This document shows, piece after piece, positions 18,419-28,501 of a stretch of DNA of 64,000 nt; within the stretch, counting starts at the first letter, position 1, and every line of letters starts with the position of its first letter. The DNA comes from Thermodesulfobacteriota bacterium (GTDB lineage: Bacteria; Desulfobacterota; Desulfarculia; JACQYL01): assembly GCA_963675595.2 (NCBI GenBank), contig CAXXLZ010000001.1, positions 1,536,001-1,600,000 on the forward strand, written 5' to 3'. The translations under genes and the position numbers were made by a program. A model generated the notes under the pieces. That model ran no database searches and was not told the origin of the DNA. It saw only the letters and a program-made list of their open reading frames with translations.

Positions 18419-19237
18419 TCAGGAACCGCTGGAGGGTGACGAACCTTTGCCGTGCCTGAGGAGCCATTCCGCCCAAAGCGGCACGCCGCCCTGGAGGGTA
18501 TCCGGGAATCGAAAACCCAAGGCTTGGCTGATGGTCGCGTTGATGTGCAGGAGGGCGTAGTTCACCTCGTCCACCGGCTCGATGATCTCCACCTTGCGGG
18601 CCGGCGTGTCGTATTGCGGATGGTCCGGGTGACACAAGGCGGGGTCCGCCAGGCTGAACACGGCCCTGCAAATGAGGGGACGAATGTCGTAAATTCCGCA
18701 GGAACCGTCCGTCGGGTTCAAAAACACGCAGGGAATGCCCAGGGACACGTAGTTCCTCAAGACCTTGGCCTGGAATTCCACGTCGGTTTCGCCGCGATTT
18801 CCTTCTGTGGACACGTTGCGGTGGAGCTGTTGGAAGGCCCGCAGAGCGCGACGCGACCCGGAAAGGATTTCCTCGAAGTCGGGCCGGGATTGGACTCGGT
18901 GGACGATCTCCATGATTTCCAGGGGCTCCACACCGGAGGGGAACTCTCGACAGCAGGTGGAACAACCTTTGTTGCAGGAAGGCGTCATACCTTCCCGAGT
19001 GAGCACCTCCCGGAGCAACCGGTCGTAGGTTTCGCGGAACTCCCGGAGGGTGAGGAAGATCGTTTCGGGAAATCGGAAGGTGGAGAGAAACGTGTCCAGG
19101 GAGAGCTCAACGTCCTCTCCCATTTCCACGGCCAGATCCACCAGGCGTTGATTCAGCAGTTTCAAATCCGGATCCTTCAAGCACGCATAGGCTTTTGCGC
19201 CGGCCCGCGCATAATCCGGAACGAGCTTTTGATTCAT
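18419..19237 (-). CDS. YkgJ-family (CxxCxxCC) cysteine-cluster protein
   Basis: SCNKGCSTCC...CVFL....CGIYDIRPLICR. Confidence 0.8.
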   Translation of the reverse strand: MNQKLVPDYARAGAKAYACLKDPDLKLLNQRLVDLAVEMGEDVELSLDTFLSTFRFPETIFLTLREFRETYDRLLREVLTREGMTPSCNKGCSTCCREFPSGVEPLEIMEIVHRVQSRPDFEEILSGSRRALRAFQQLHRNVSTEGNRGETDVEFQAKVLRNYVSLGIPCVFLNPTDGSCGIYDIRPLICRAVFSLADPALCHPDHPQYDTPARKVEIIEPVDEVNYALLHINATISQALGFRFPDTLQGGVPLWAEWLLRHGKGSSPSSGS

Positions 19238-20196
19238 GGGGATACCTCACAAATGATCTTTCCCGGAAGCTTACGCACCCTGCGCAACACACCGTGCCGG
19301 GCCTTTTTCTTCCGGGCGTCGCGCCACCGTCGTCGGACGGGGAGCCCATCGGTGAAACCAAGTTACCAGAAACGGGCGAGTTTGTGGAGACGGGTTTCCG
19401 GGTGGACCGACCAAAAAGAAAGACATGTGAAAGGTGAGCCTTCAGAGGGGCATCCGATCTCGTCGCAGGGCTCCCGATCATCGTTTCCGAAGGAGACCGG
19501 ACCGCTTTTCGTTGGGTGCGCGGAGGTTCACGGAATTTCGACTTGGAGACTCATTTGTTACAATTTGGTATCCGGAAATGCTATACCTTCGCCCGCTATT
19601 GTGATAATTATCGATATGTGAGCGGCGCAACGCCTGTGTGAAGCGCTCTGCGAGGCCGTTCCGAAGCCTCCTACAGGCACGGAAGAGCTCATCGCAGGCT
19701 GATCCCCTCCCCTTCTCCCTCATCGGGTGCCGCCGCCGAAGCAGTGACAAACGGCGCGAATCTTGCTTGGCCCGGAAGTTGCACCGGCGAGGACCGCCGA
19801 ATGCATTGAAGCGACCGCCTCGCGGAAGGCACAGGTGCGGCGGAAGCAAACGCGTCCGAACATCCTTTTGCCCTGAAAGTCCGGTTCCCCTTCACTCTCC
19901 TTACCGGACGGTGACGGTTGACGGATCGAGCTTCGAGGCGGGAGAAATCACCCGCTTCGGGACCGGAAGATGCAGACGAACAACAAAAACCCCAACTCAA
20001 GGGAGTTCGGCGGACGATGCCTGTCGGCCGTCTCCTGGTCGATGCATTGTGTAAGCTCGCGGCGAACAGCAAAACCCCAAAGTCGCCCACGATGCTCATG
20101 CACGAGCCGCCCCTCCGGTCCCTGAAAACTTGGTCGAACGGCTCGGAGCATGTTGCGGAACGTGGGATAAAACCCGCAAATCAGGGAGAAGCGTTG

Positions 20197-20697
20197 ATGG
20201 TAAGAAGAATGTTAGTGATGTTGGTATGCGGAATGATGGTCACGGCGTTTGCCTTCACGGCCCTGGCCGACGACGCTAAGGTAACTCCTCAACAGGTGAA
20301 GCAACTAGTCGAAAAAGCGGTAAATTTGATTGCGGAAAAAGGTGAAGCCGTGGCTTTTCCTCTGCTCAGCGACCCGAATGGTGAGTACGTGGAAGGCGAC
20401 CTTTATGTGTTTACCTACAACATGGACGGCACCATCGTTCAGCATCTGAAGCCCAAACTCGTGGGCATGAACATGATGAACACCATGGATAAAAAGGGCA
20501 AATGCCTCGCATGCGATTTCGTCAGAGTCGCCAAAGAGGAAGGAGCCGGATGGTCCGAGTACTGGTGGCCCAAACCCAGCACGAATGAAGTGGCCGTGAA
20601 GACCAGCTATATCATGAAGGTACCCGGCAAGGACCTCCTGGTTGGTGCCGGCGTTTACGATTTGACCAAGGAACAGGCGGAGGCGGCCGTCAAGTAG
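20197..20697 (+). CDS. Secreted stand-alone single Cache domain protein
   Basis: Signal peptide ending AFTALA; F.L.DP.G.YV.GDLYVF...H..PKLVG...D..G...GWSEYWWPKP...K.SY...VGAGVY Cache pattern; GGGAG RBS before ATG 20197. Confidence 0.85.
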   Translation: MVRRMLVMLVCGMMVTAFAFTALADDAKVTPQQVKQLVEKAVNLIAEKGEAVAFPLLSDPNGEYVEGDLYVFTYNMDGTIVQHLKPKLVGMNMMNTMDKKGKCLACDFVRVAKEEGAGWSEYWWPKPSTNEVAVKTSYIMKVPGKDLLVGAGVYDLTKEQAEAAVK

Positions 20698-21001
20698 GCT
20701 AAATGACCGCATGCAACCGCGAGCTTGCACCATGGTCGCCGTTCGTCGCCTTTCTTGCTCCGCACACCGTTCAGGAGACGCCAAGGGCCTTGTTCAGTTT
20801 GGGGGGGGCCCACTTGCGGCGCATTCTGCGTCGTTCCCGAAATGTGGAAAACAACGGCTCTTCGCAGTGAAACACCTTGGCTTTTGTGAATAGACAATCA
20901 AAGCATTCGACCCAACGGATGGAACAACCATCGCCCACCCAGGAGAGGCCGTTCACAGTCCCGGGGTCTATCGAGTTTGGAGCCTGTTAGGGAGGACTAT
21001 C

Positions 21002-22927
21002 ATGAATGACCGGAATTCAAAGGAGTGGCGTTTGGCCCTCTGGGTCAGAATCTCCATGTTGCCTTTGCTGGGCGTGCTGGCCTTGTTCGTCATCAAAGGC
21101 ATGGATCTATACATCGCATCCAAGGTGGGTCAGGCTTCCGACATGGGTCAATCCGCAAGCAATATCGCCTGGATGATGACGGAGAGGGTATTGCTGGAGA
21201 CGGAATTCCTGAGCCATGCGGATGAGGAGCTCTATGACCGGATTCGGCTGCAATCCGAAAAGATCGACCAGGCCCTGGCCGAGGCCAAGGCATTGGATGC
21301 CGACGGCGGTATGCAGGGGCTCCTTAAGCAGGTGGAAGACGCGGCGAACCGCCACCAAAAGACTTTCACCGAAGCGGCCACGGCGGTCCGCAGCCTTGGC
21401 GCCGCCAAGGCGCAGTTCAATGTCGAACTGAGCAAAGCCGACGAATTGCTGAACAACGCCGTCAATGATCTCACCACGGAGAAATCCGAGCTCATCATGT
21501 TTCAGGGCACGGACCTGCCCGAAACAAAAAAGGCCCTGCAAAGCGGGCTCATGGAAATAAAGGGATATGTGTCCTCGCTCATGCTCAATGTGAACGATCT
21601 GTTCGCTTTCTCGGACGCGGAGCGTTTCGAAAAAGCGGCGGCTGATCTTTCCAAAAAGATGCAGCTTTCCTTCAAAAACACCGACGGCAAGGTGGTTACC
21701 GTCGACGATCCCAAGTACACCGAACACTGGAAGAAAATTAAGGCACAGTTTCAAACCACTTTGGACGCCAAAACGACGCTCTACGACCAATGGAAACAGC
21801 TCCAGGTTCTCGTGGCCGAGTTGGGAGAAACCAATACGGTGCTGAAGCAGAGCCTGCACGAAACAGTCTCGGGGACCAAGCTGAGGATCGAGAAGATTCA
21901 GAGTACCGACCTTTGGCTCAGCATTCTCACCATCGGGATTACCATCGTTTTGTTGGTGCTGTTGAGCGTGGCGGTCATTCGTTCCATCACCAAGCCGATC
22001 AATCGGGTTGTTTCGGGCTTAAGCAGCGGGGCGGAGCAAGTGACGTCGGCGTTCAACCAGGTGTCCGTTTCCAGTCAGAAGCTGGCGGAAGGTTCATCCG
22101 ACCAGGCGGCCTCCATAGAGGAAACGACTTCCTCTTTGGAAGAAATGTCGGCCATGACGAAACAGAATGCGGACAACGCCGCTCAGGCGGACAGCTTGAT
22201 GAAGGAAACGAATCTGGTTGTGGACAAGGCGAACAAATCCATGGGAGAGCTGACGTCTTCCATGAAGGAAATCTCGGACGCCAGTGCCGAGATATCGAAA
22301 ATCATCAAGACGATTGATGAGATCGCTTTTCAGACAAACCTGCTGGCGTTGAACGCGGCGGTGGAGGCGGCCCGGGCGGGCGAGGCCGGAGCCGGCTTCG
22401 CGGTCGTGGCGGATGAAGTCAGAAACCTCGCCATGCGCGCCGCGGAAGCGGCGAAAAACACGTCCATGCTCATCGAAGGTACCGGGAAGAAGGTCATGAG
22501 CGGATCGTCCCTGGTCACCACCACGAATGAAGCTTTTCAAGAAGTTGCGGAAAGCGCCGGAAAAGTGGCTGTGCTCGTTTCCGAGATCGCCGAAGCGTCG
22601 AGTCACCAAGCCCAAGGGATCGAGCAAATCAACCGCGCCATGGTTGAAATGGATCGTGTGACTCAGCAGAACGCCGCAAATGCCGAAGAGTCCGCCGGCG
22701 CCTCTCAGGAGATGAAGACGCAGGCGGACCAAATCAACGTCATGGTGGACGAACTCATCGCCGTAGTGGGCCGGAAACAGTCCGACGGCCAAATGGACAA
22801 AGGAGCTCGAAACGACGCCGCTCTGGGCCGAGCCGCCGTCAAGAGACCTGATAAGAGAACCACGGCTCTGTATGGGGCGAAGGAAGTGAATCCCGAGTTC
22901 GTCATCCCCCTGGATGACGATGACTGA
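21002..22927 (+). CDS. Methyl-accepting chemotaxis protein
   Basis: Two TM helices, large helical periplasmic domain, [40 protein letters not shown]; GGAGG RBS. Confidence 0.95.
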   Translation: MNDRNSKEWRLALWVRISMLPLLGVLALFVIKGMDLYIASKVGQASDMGQSASNIAWMMTERVLLETEFLSHADEELYDRIRLQSEKIDQALAEAKALDADGGMQGLLKQVEDAANRHQKTFTEAATAVRSLGAAKAQFNVELSKADELLNNAVNDLTTEKSELIMFQGTDLPETKKALQSGLMEIKGYVSSLMLNVNDLFAFSDAERFEKAAADLSKKMQLSFKNTDGKVVTVDDPKYTEHWKKIKAQFQTTLDAKTTLYDQWKQLQVLVAELGETNTVLKQSLHETVSGTKLRIEKIQSTDLWLSILTIGITIVLLVLLSVAVIRSITKPINRVVSGLSSGAEQVTSAFNQVSVSSQKLAEGSSDQAASIEETTSSLEEMSAMTKQNADNAAQADSLMKETNLVVDKANKSMGELTSSMKEISDASAEISKIIKTIDEIAFQTNLLALNAAVEAARAGEAGAGFAVVADEVRNLAMRAAEAAKNTSMLIEGTGKKVMSGSSLVTTTNEAFQEVAESAGKVAVLVSEIAEASSHQAQGIEQINRAMVEMDRVTQQNAANAEESAGASQEMKTQADQINVMVDELIAVVGRKQSDGQMDKGARNDAALGRAAVKRPDKRTTALYGAKEVNPEFVIPLDDDD

Positions 22928-23289
22928 CCGGGTCCCTCCGGACCGTGCCGCACCGCGGTCTTTGCACAACAACCCTCTTGAGGATCGGCGCAGAGGAAAT
23001 CCCGGCGAGGCCTGAGGGGATACGCCCTCGCTCCCCGAGCCGCCCCGGGTGAAATATAACTCCGAGAGCGAACGGAACTACTGGGGGAAAGCGTTAGACA
23101 TGCTTTCCCCCTTCCTTCTCCACGCTTTGTTCTTACGCCCCGCACCCCGTTTCATCATATCTCGCATCCCGCACGCTCAGCCCCTCCGCCGGAAGGGTGG
23201 AATGTCTTCACTCCGATCCCCGAAAGCTCCATCGCCGACCGTTCATGGTCACGCAACCTAAGAAAAAACCTCTTCCGTTTGCATCAGGA

Positions 23290-23346
23290 TTGACAGGGCC
23301 TCCGGGAAGCGATATGGTGGTGCTCAAAGAACAAACGTCCGTTCTG
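23290..23346 (+). promoter_or_regulatory. Sigma70-type promoter with adjacent imperfect dyad (possible TetR operator)
   Basis: TTGACA-17 nt-TATGGT (23290-23318), followed by GAACAAACGTCCGTTC. Confidence 0.5.
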
Positions 23347-23734
23347 TTTTTCCCCGAAACCGGGAGGTGTGCTTGTCCATCGATACCGGTCCTTTCTCTC
23401 GCTCCCATGGATTTCCGGCCGAGCCCTTCCACGGAAACCGGCGGCCGACTTACCTACGAACTACACCGTCCTTTCCAGTCGCCCCTGTTTTTTCCCATCC
23501 GTCGGCGCCGATGGAAACCATATCCGCTCGCAGCGCTCCTTTCTTCCATGGCAACGCCCTGCACGATCACTCAAGTGCTGCGGGCGGACTCCGGCCCACA
23601 CGGAGAAATCACGACGAGAATGCTTTTTACCACTCGGGAAACCCGGGGCCTGAAAGGTCGGTAACAAGGCATCAGGCGCCCCTGATAACGACCGCCTGTT
23701 CTTTGCCCCGACTCATCCCCCAGCCGAAAGGCTC

Positions 23735-24367
23735 ATGACCATGAAACAAATAGAAGCAAAGGTGGAAAACAAGGACATTATCAAGGCGAAACATAAGCAG
23801 ATCTGCGACGCCGCCTTGGAGCTTTTTTCCAAACATGGTTATCACAAAACGACCATGAGGGATATCGCGAGGACTTCAGGCATCAATCTGTCATACCTCT
23901 ACCACTATATATCCTCCAAAGACGACGTGTTGTATCTCTTCTATAATCAATTGCTCGACCTGTACAAGCCCGTCTACCTTTCTCTGAAAGAAAGCAATCG
24001 CGACAATCCTATCGATGAGCTTCGGGAATTGATTCCTACCGTGCTCCGTATCATACATGAAAATCAAAGCGCCTTTCTGACCATGTATACGGAGAGCAGA
24101 CATCTGGAACCCGACTCCTTGAGCTCGGTTCTTTCCCAAGAAACAGAAATCCTCAACTATCTGAGAGACCTCATACAACGAGGGGTGGAAAAGGGGTGCT
24201 TCAATACCGCCGAACCTCTCATCGCCGCGAACATTATCCAATACCTACTTCTACTCGAACCGCTTCGCGGATGGGGCTTCAGGAAGCATCAGAGCTTCGA
24301 CGAATTCGTAGACTACATGACCAAATTCGTCATGGCGGCGCTCGGAGCCGTTGAGGGCACGGAATGA
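23735..24367 (+). CDS. TetR/AcrR family transcriptional regulator
   Basis: ICDAALELFSKHGYHKTTMRDIARTSGINLSYLYHYISSKDDVL helix-turn-helix. Confidence 0.93.
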   Translation: MTMKQIEAKVENKDIIKAKHKQICDAALELFSKHGYHKTTMRDIARTSGINLSYLYHYISSKDDVLYLFYNQLLDLYKPVYLSLKESNRDNPIDELRELIPTVLRIIHENQSAFLTMYTESRHLEPDSLSSVLSQETEILNYLRDLIQRGVEKGCFNTAEPLIAANIIQYLLLLEPLRGWGFRKHQSFDEFVDYMTKFVMAALGAVEGTE

Positions 24368-24528
24368 GCCGCACTCGCATCTTTGTCTCACGTGCGTGCA
24401 GTGGGATTTCGCACGTGTTCACGGGGCCGCTGTGATGCCGTTTGCCTGGATTGTCGGTTCCGGGTTTGCGACGCGCGAACCGAATTTCTCACCCTCCTCT
24501 TCGCCGAAGGCGGCCGGGCATTCTTCAC

Positions 24529-24573
24529 AAGCTTTGAAGGGGGCGGGGGAAACCTCCTCGAAGGTTTCCTCCT
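24529..24573. repeat. Degenerate family B/A palindromic repeat
   Basis: AAGCTTTGAAGGGGGCGGGGGAAACCTCCTCGAAGGTTTCCTCC: same layout of AAGxTT, G-run and GAAACCT...AGGTTTC hairpin. Confidence 0.45.
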
Positions 24574-24933
24574 ATGAATGAATACGGAATTCCATCCCTG
24601 ATGCAACGGCGGATTCTTCCGTCGTCGCCCCGATCTCGACTTGTATCGGGGCGTGATCGATCCTCATGAAGTTCTTTTAGACAACAGGGTTTCCGGCGAG
24701 CCGGCGTGGCAATCGCGTTCTTCGTCGATCCGCCAAGACTCGGAAAGGAGGTCGAACCCATGGGAAATACGCCTGTAAGGAACCGCTCCCCCATCGCGCC
24801 CATGCCCGGGGCGAGCCGTCCGGCGTCCTTCCCCTCCCATCGTCCCCCCTGACGGAATCAAGGCAGGGGCCGGGGATTAGACGAACCTTGCAGCGTCACC
24901 ACCAGCTTTTAACGGGTATGGACAGGAGGGCTC

Positions 24934-26886
24934 ATGGCGTCATTAGTTTGGGGACCGCAGATACTGGTTCGCGCCCTCATGGAAGAGGGAATCCACACCA
25001 ACTTCGGCATCACCGGCGGCCATATGAACAGCTTCGACGACTATTGGAGCATTTACGGCAACCGGCTGATTCACTGTCGGCACGAAGCGGCATGCGGCTA
25101 TGCGGCCGAGGCGTATTCCAAAGTAACCGGCAAAATCGGATTATGTCAGGCAACGGTAGGCCCGGGCACCGCCAACATGGTTCCGGCCATCAACCAAGCG
25201 GCGTTGAGCAACACGCCCCTCATCTGCATCCTGGGACAAACCATTCTTTCCGATACGGATCGTTACGCGTTTCAGCACTTCAAGGGCACCGCCGTCTACG
25301 ACGTGTTCTGCAAGTGGGCCAAATTCATCGACGATCCTTCCACGTTCGCGTACTGGATCAGAAAAGCGGCACGGGATTGCACCGGCTATCCTCCCTCACC
25401 CGTGGCGCTTGAAATCGCCTTGAATTTCATCGAATTCGCGCCGCAAGCCTTGTTGGATCCCGCCATGCAGGTGAATTACCGCGTGGATATGAGGCACAAG
25501 GGCCTTTCGGAACTACCCCAACCGGTTCCCAACGATAATGAATTGGATGAAATCGTCGGCTGGCTCCTCGAGGCGGAGCGTCCGTTGGTGATCGTGGGTC
25601 ACGGTGGAAGATGGCCCGACTGCGGGGCCGCTCTCAAAGAATTCACGGAGCTGACCAATATTCCCATCCATCAACGGCGGGCCTGCCGGGGCAGCGTTCC
25701 GGAAAGCCATCCGCACCACGTGGCCGGTGAAGCGCGCGGCAAGGCCTTCGCCATGGCGGATCGCTACCTGACCCTGGGCCTGCGTTTCGACATCCTCGAG
25801 CAGTGGGGTCAATGGGGGGCCGACAAGCGGTTCGTGCAGGTGACGGAAGAACCCATGGAGCTCTGGGCTGAAATCCTCACAGACATCGAAGCCATCGGCA
25901 ACGTCAACGCCACTTTGCGGAAACTGAACAGCCTCATTCGTGAAAAATATCAGGACCGCTTCGCCGCAAAAACGGCTTGGCGCGACGAAATTCTGGAAAT
26001 CAAGAAGAAGGCCGACGAAAAGATGCGCAAACGCATCGAAGAGCTCAAAGGTCAGTTCACCCTGCCGAACCAGATGAGTCCGGACGTTTCTTCCACCATC
26101 ATCACGGACTATCTGCACCAAGCCGCACCCGAATCCACCATCATCCTCGACTCCTTCACCTTTTCTCCCTACATGAGCGAAAAGTTCGAGTCCAAGGTGA
26201 CCGGCGGCGTGTTGGACGCGGGAATTCAAGGAGGCGTGGGGCACGGTGTGGGCATGGGCATCGGCGCCCAGGTGGGACGTCCCGGAAAACCCATCGTGGT
26301 CTTTCTGGGAGACGCGGGCATCGGAGCCGCCGGGGGCGATATCGAGACCGCACTGAGGGAAAATCTGCCCGTGGTCTACGTGGTACACAACAACGGGGCC
26401 TGGATCGGCGGTTGGAACGCCATGTACGGACGGGACTGGCACGGAGCGCAGAATCCCCACGCTCGGGATACGGACCGCGGTATGGGAACCCTCGAAGGCC
26501 GAATCCCTTACGCCGAAATGTACAAAATGATGGGCTGTCACGGCGAGACGGTCAAGACCCACGACGGGATCGTGCCGGCCATGGAACGGGCCCTCAACTC
26601 GGGCAAGACCGCGGTCGTGGACTTGTGGGGCGATCCGGATTCCTACCACTCGCTTTGGGATCGAGCCACCTACGAGAACCTGTTCTTCGTCATGTTGCAC
26701 CATCTGCCGGAAGACCTGTGGACCGGAATGGAAAGCTTCAAGGAGCGCACCCGCGGCATCTTCCAGGCGTTGGGATACGAGGAATGGCCCAAGACCCCCA
26801 GACTCTTTCCGCCCTTCGACGAGGAAGAGGACTTCGACTGGGTTTCCGGTCCGCCTCCGAAATTCGTTCCCAAGAAAGAGGAATAA
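24934..26886 (+). CDS. Thiamine diphosphate-dependent enzyme (acetolactate synthase-like / 2-hydroxyacyl-CoA lyase type)
   Basis: FGITGGH, RHEAACGYAA (catalytic Glu), GPGTAN, AERPLVIVGHG, ThDP motif GDAGIG...NNGAW; AGGAGG RBS; no ilvH/ilvC neighbours. Confidence 0.85.
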   Translation: MASLVWGPQILVRALMEEGIHTNFGITGGHMNSFDDYWSIYGNRLIHCRHEAACGYAAEAYSKVTGKIGLCQATVGPGTANMVPAINQAALSNTPLICILGQTILSDTDRYAFQHFKGTAVYDVFCKWAKFIDDPSTFAYWIRKAARDCTGYPPSPVALEIALNFIEFAPQALLDPAMQVNYRVDMRHKGLSELPQPVPNDNELDEIVGWLLEAERPLVIVGHGGRWPDCGAALKEFTELTNIPIHQRRACRGSVPESHPHHVAGEARGKAFAMADRYLTLGLRFDILEQWGQWGADKRFVQVTEEPMELWAEILTDIEAIGNVNATLRKLNSLIREKYQDRFAAKTAWRDEILEIKKKADEKMRKRIEELKGQFTLPNQMSPDVSSTIITDYLHQAAPESTIILDSFTFSPYMSEKFESKVTGGVLDAGIQGGVGHGVGMGIGAQVGRPGKPIVVFLGDAGIGAAGGDIETALRENLPVVYVVHNNGAWIGGWNAMYGRDWHGAQNPHARDTDRGMGTLEGRIPYAEMYKMMGCHGETVKTHDGIVPAMERALNSGKTAVVDLWGDPDSYHSLWDRATYENLFFVMLHHLPEDLWTGMESFKERTRGIFQALGYEEWPKTPRLFPPFDEEEDFDWVSGPPPKFVPKKEE

Positions 26887-26950
26887 ACGGTTTCCAACGA
26901 CTCTGGACGTTTCGGCGCAGCGGTCCGCCGAAAAGAGAGGAGCATGATTT

Positions 26951-27178
26951 ATGCCGATGTTCCAATGTCCCAAATGCGGAATCAAGCAGGACGTGCCTTT
27001 CGGAGGATGGCACTGGGAAGGCAAAGAGGGTGGAAAGCAGCACTTCACCCATCGCGGATATCTGGTTCCCGACCCCAAGGACCCCATGAGACTGGTTTGT
27101 GCGGATGGGCATGATCCCAAGTTGCTCATGCCCATGTGTTGGGAGTGTAATGTGGTGTTCAAGTACATCCCGGATTGA
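26951..27178 (+). CDS. Small putative metal-binding protein (CPKC...CWEC)
   Basis: 75 aa, two CxxC motifs plus extra Cys/His; GAGGAG RBS; inside the operon. Confidence 0.65.
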   Translation: MPMFQCPKCGIKQDVPFGGWHWEGKEGGKQHFTHRGYLVPDPKDPMRLVCADGHDPKLLMPMCWECNVVFKYIPD

Positions 27179-27187
27179 CGGCCTGAG

Positions 27188-27310
27188 AGGTTGTTGAAGA
27201 TCGCGTTCTGCGGCTTTGCGCTTCAGCCCTCGTCTCTGAGACGTACGTTGTGTACGTCTCAGTCCTCGAGAATCGCGTGCCTCGCGTGTCGGTGTTTTTC
27301 AGCAGCCTGC
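27188..27310. mobile_element. MITE-like element, family C copy 2 (inverted relative to copy 1)
   Basis: Reverse complement GCAGGCTGCTGAAAAAC...GAGACGTACACAACGTACGTCTCAGAGACGAGGGCTGAAGCGCAAAGCCGCAG...TTCAACAACCT aligns along its length with 3274-3398. Confidence 0.72.
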
Positions 27311-27532
27311 AGCAACCGGCCTTTTTCAACGGCTGCCGGGGTAACTCGGAGGCGAACCGCCCTCCCCGAAACCGGCGCAGGGTTCGGGGAGAGCGGTCTT
27401 ACGAGTGGTAACGGGACGATTGGGTGAACAAGCGGCTCCGCGCAGGGCCGTTCCGGGGTGAGGCGTACGGAAACGCTGCGGACACCTTGGCCCTCGCCCG
27501 AACAGCGACGTTACTAAAGGAGGTTTCGACGG

Positions 27533-28384
27533 ATGAACATACGGAAAGTGGCCGTGGTGGGAGCGGGATCCATGGGCAACGGCATCGCCCAAGTCAGCGC
27601 TCAAGCCGGGTACGACGTGACCATGATCGACGTGTCTCAACAATCCCTGGACGGGGCCATGTCCAATATCCGGAAAATGCTCGACGGAGGAATCAAGAAA
27701 GGAAAGATCAGTGAAGCCGATCGAGATGCGGCGTTGTCGAGAATTACCTCTACCACGGACCTGAGCTCTACCGAAGACGCGGACCTGGTGATCGAGGCGG
27801 TCATCGAGGACCTGGAGGTCAAACTGGACCTGTTCAAACGCTTGGATGCGTCCTGCCCGTCTCACGCCCTGCTGGCCACCAACACATCTTCCCTTCCCAT
27901 CACGAGCGTGGCCGCAGTCACCAAACGGCCGGAGCAGGTACTGGGCATGCATTTCATGAATCCCGTGCCTCTCATGAAGGGAGTCGAACTGATCAAAGGG
28001 AGACTCACCTCTGCGGAGACCATGGACACCGCCAAAGCCTATATTGAATCCTTGAACAAGGTGTGGGTGGAAGCCGTGGATTACGCGGGTTTCATCACCA
28101 GCCGGATTCTGGATGCCATGCTCAATGAAGCCATATGGTGCGTGGCGGACGGCAATAAGCCCGAAGAAGTGGACAAAGCCATGAAGGTTTGCACCAACTT
28201 CCCCATGGGGCCCCTGGAGCTCATTGATCTCGCCGGAGCGGACGTGCTGCTCAAGGTGCTCGACATACTGCGTGACGAGTTTGGCGAAAAGTTCCGCCCC
28301 GCTCCTTTGCTGAGGCAAATGGTTCGAGCGGGACACGTAGGCAGAAAAGCGGGAAAAGGTTTTTATGATTACGGGAAATCATAA
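27533..28384 (+). CDS. hbd: 3-hydroxybutyryl-CoA / 3-hydroxyacyl-CoA dehydrogenase
   Basis: GAGSMGNGIAQ, DLVIEAV.E...K, TNTSS, GMHFMNPVP, PMGPLEL.D, GRKAGKGFYDY; AAGGAGG RBS. Confidence 0.92.
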   Translation: MNIRKVAVVGAGSMGNGIAQVSAQAGYDVTMIDVSQQSLDGAMSNIRKMLDGGIKKGKISEADRDAALSRITSTTDLSSTEDADLVIEAVIEDLEVKLDLFKRLDASCPSHALLATNTSSLPITSVAAVTKRPEQVLGMHFMNPVPLMKGVELIKGRLTSAETMDTAKAYIESLNKVWVEAVDYAGFITSRILDAMLNEAIWCVADGNKPEEVDKAMKVCTNFPMGPLELIDLAGADVLLKVLDILRDEFGEKFRPAPLLRQMVRAGHVGRKAGKGFYDYGKS

Positions 28385-28501
28385 GTTCCGGGAGGTTACA
28401 CCAGCCGGGAGCGAGCACCGGCTGAGTCCGGTCGCCTTTCGGGCGACACCATCAGGGATTCCGCGCATGCGGAAAGGGATGCATTACAAGGAGACCATTG
28501 A

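Noticed and set aside
19565-19582. TTGGTATCCGGAAATGCT as a sigma54 promoter
   Set aside because: GG-GC spacing is one base too long for -24/-12.
19918-20196. N-terminal extensions in the ORF track (e.g. 19918, 2855, 9030, 15502, 42860, 55196)
   Set aside because: Downstream starts have RBSs and match domain boundaries.
24575-24596. ATGAATGAATACGGAATTCCAT as a FadR/TetR-type operator
   Set aside because: Only a half-site resemblance with poor dyad symmetry.
24934-26886. Calling the ThDP enzyme acetolactate synthase ilvB
   Set aside because: No regulatory subunit or ilv genes; acyl-CoA catabolic context; divergent ThDP motif.
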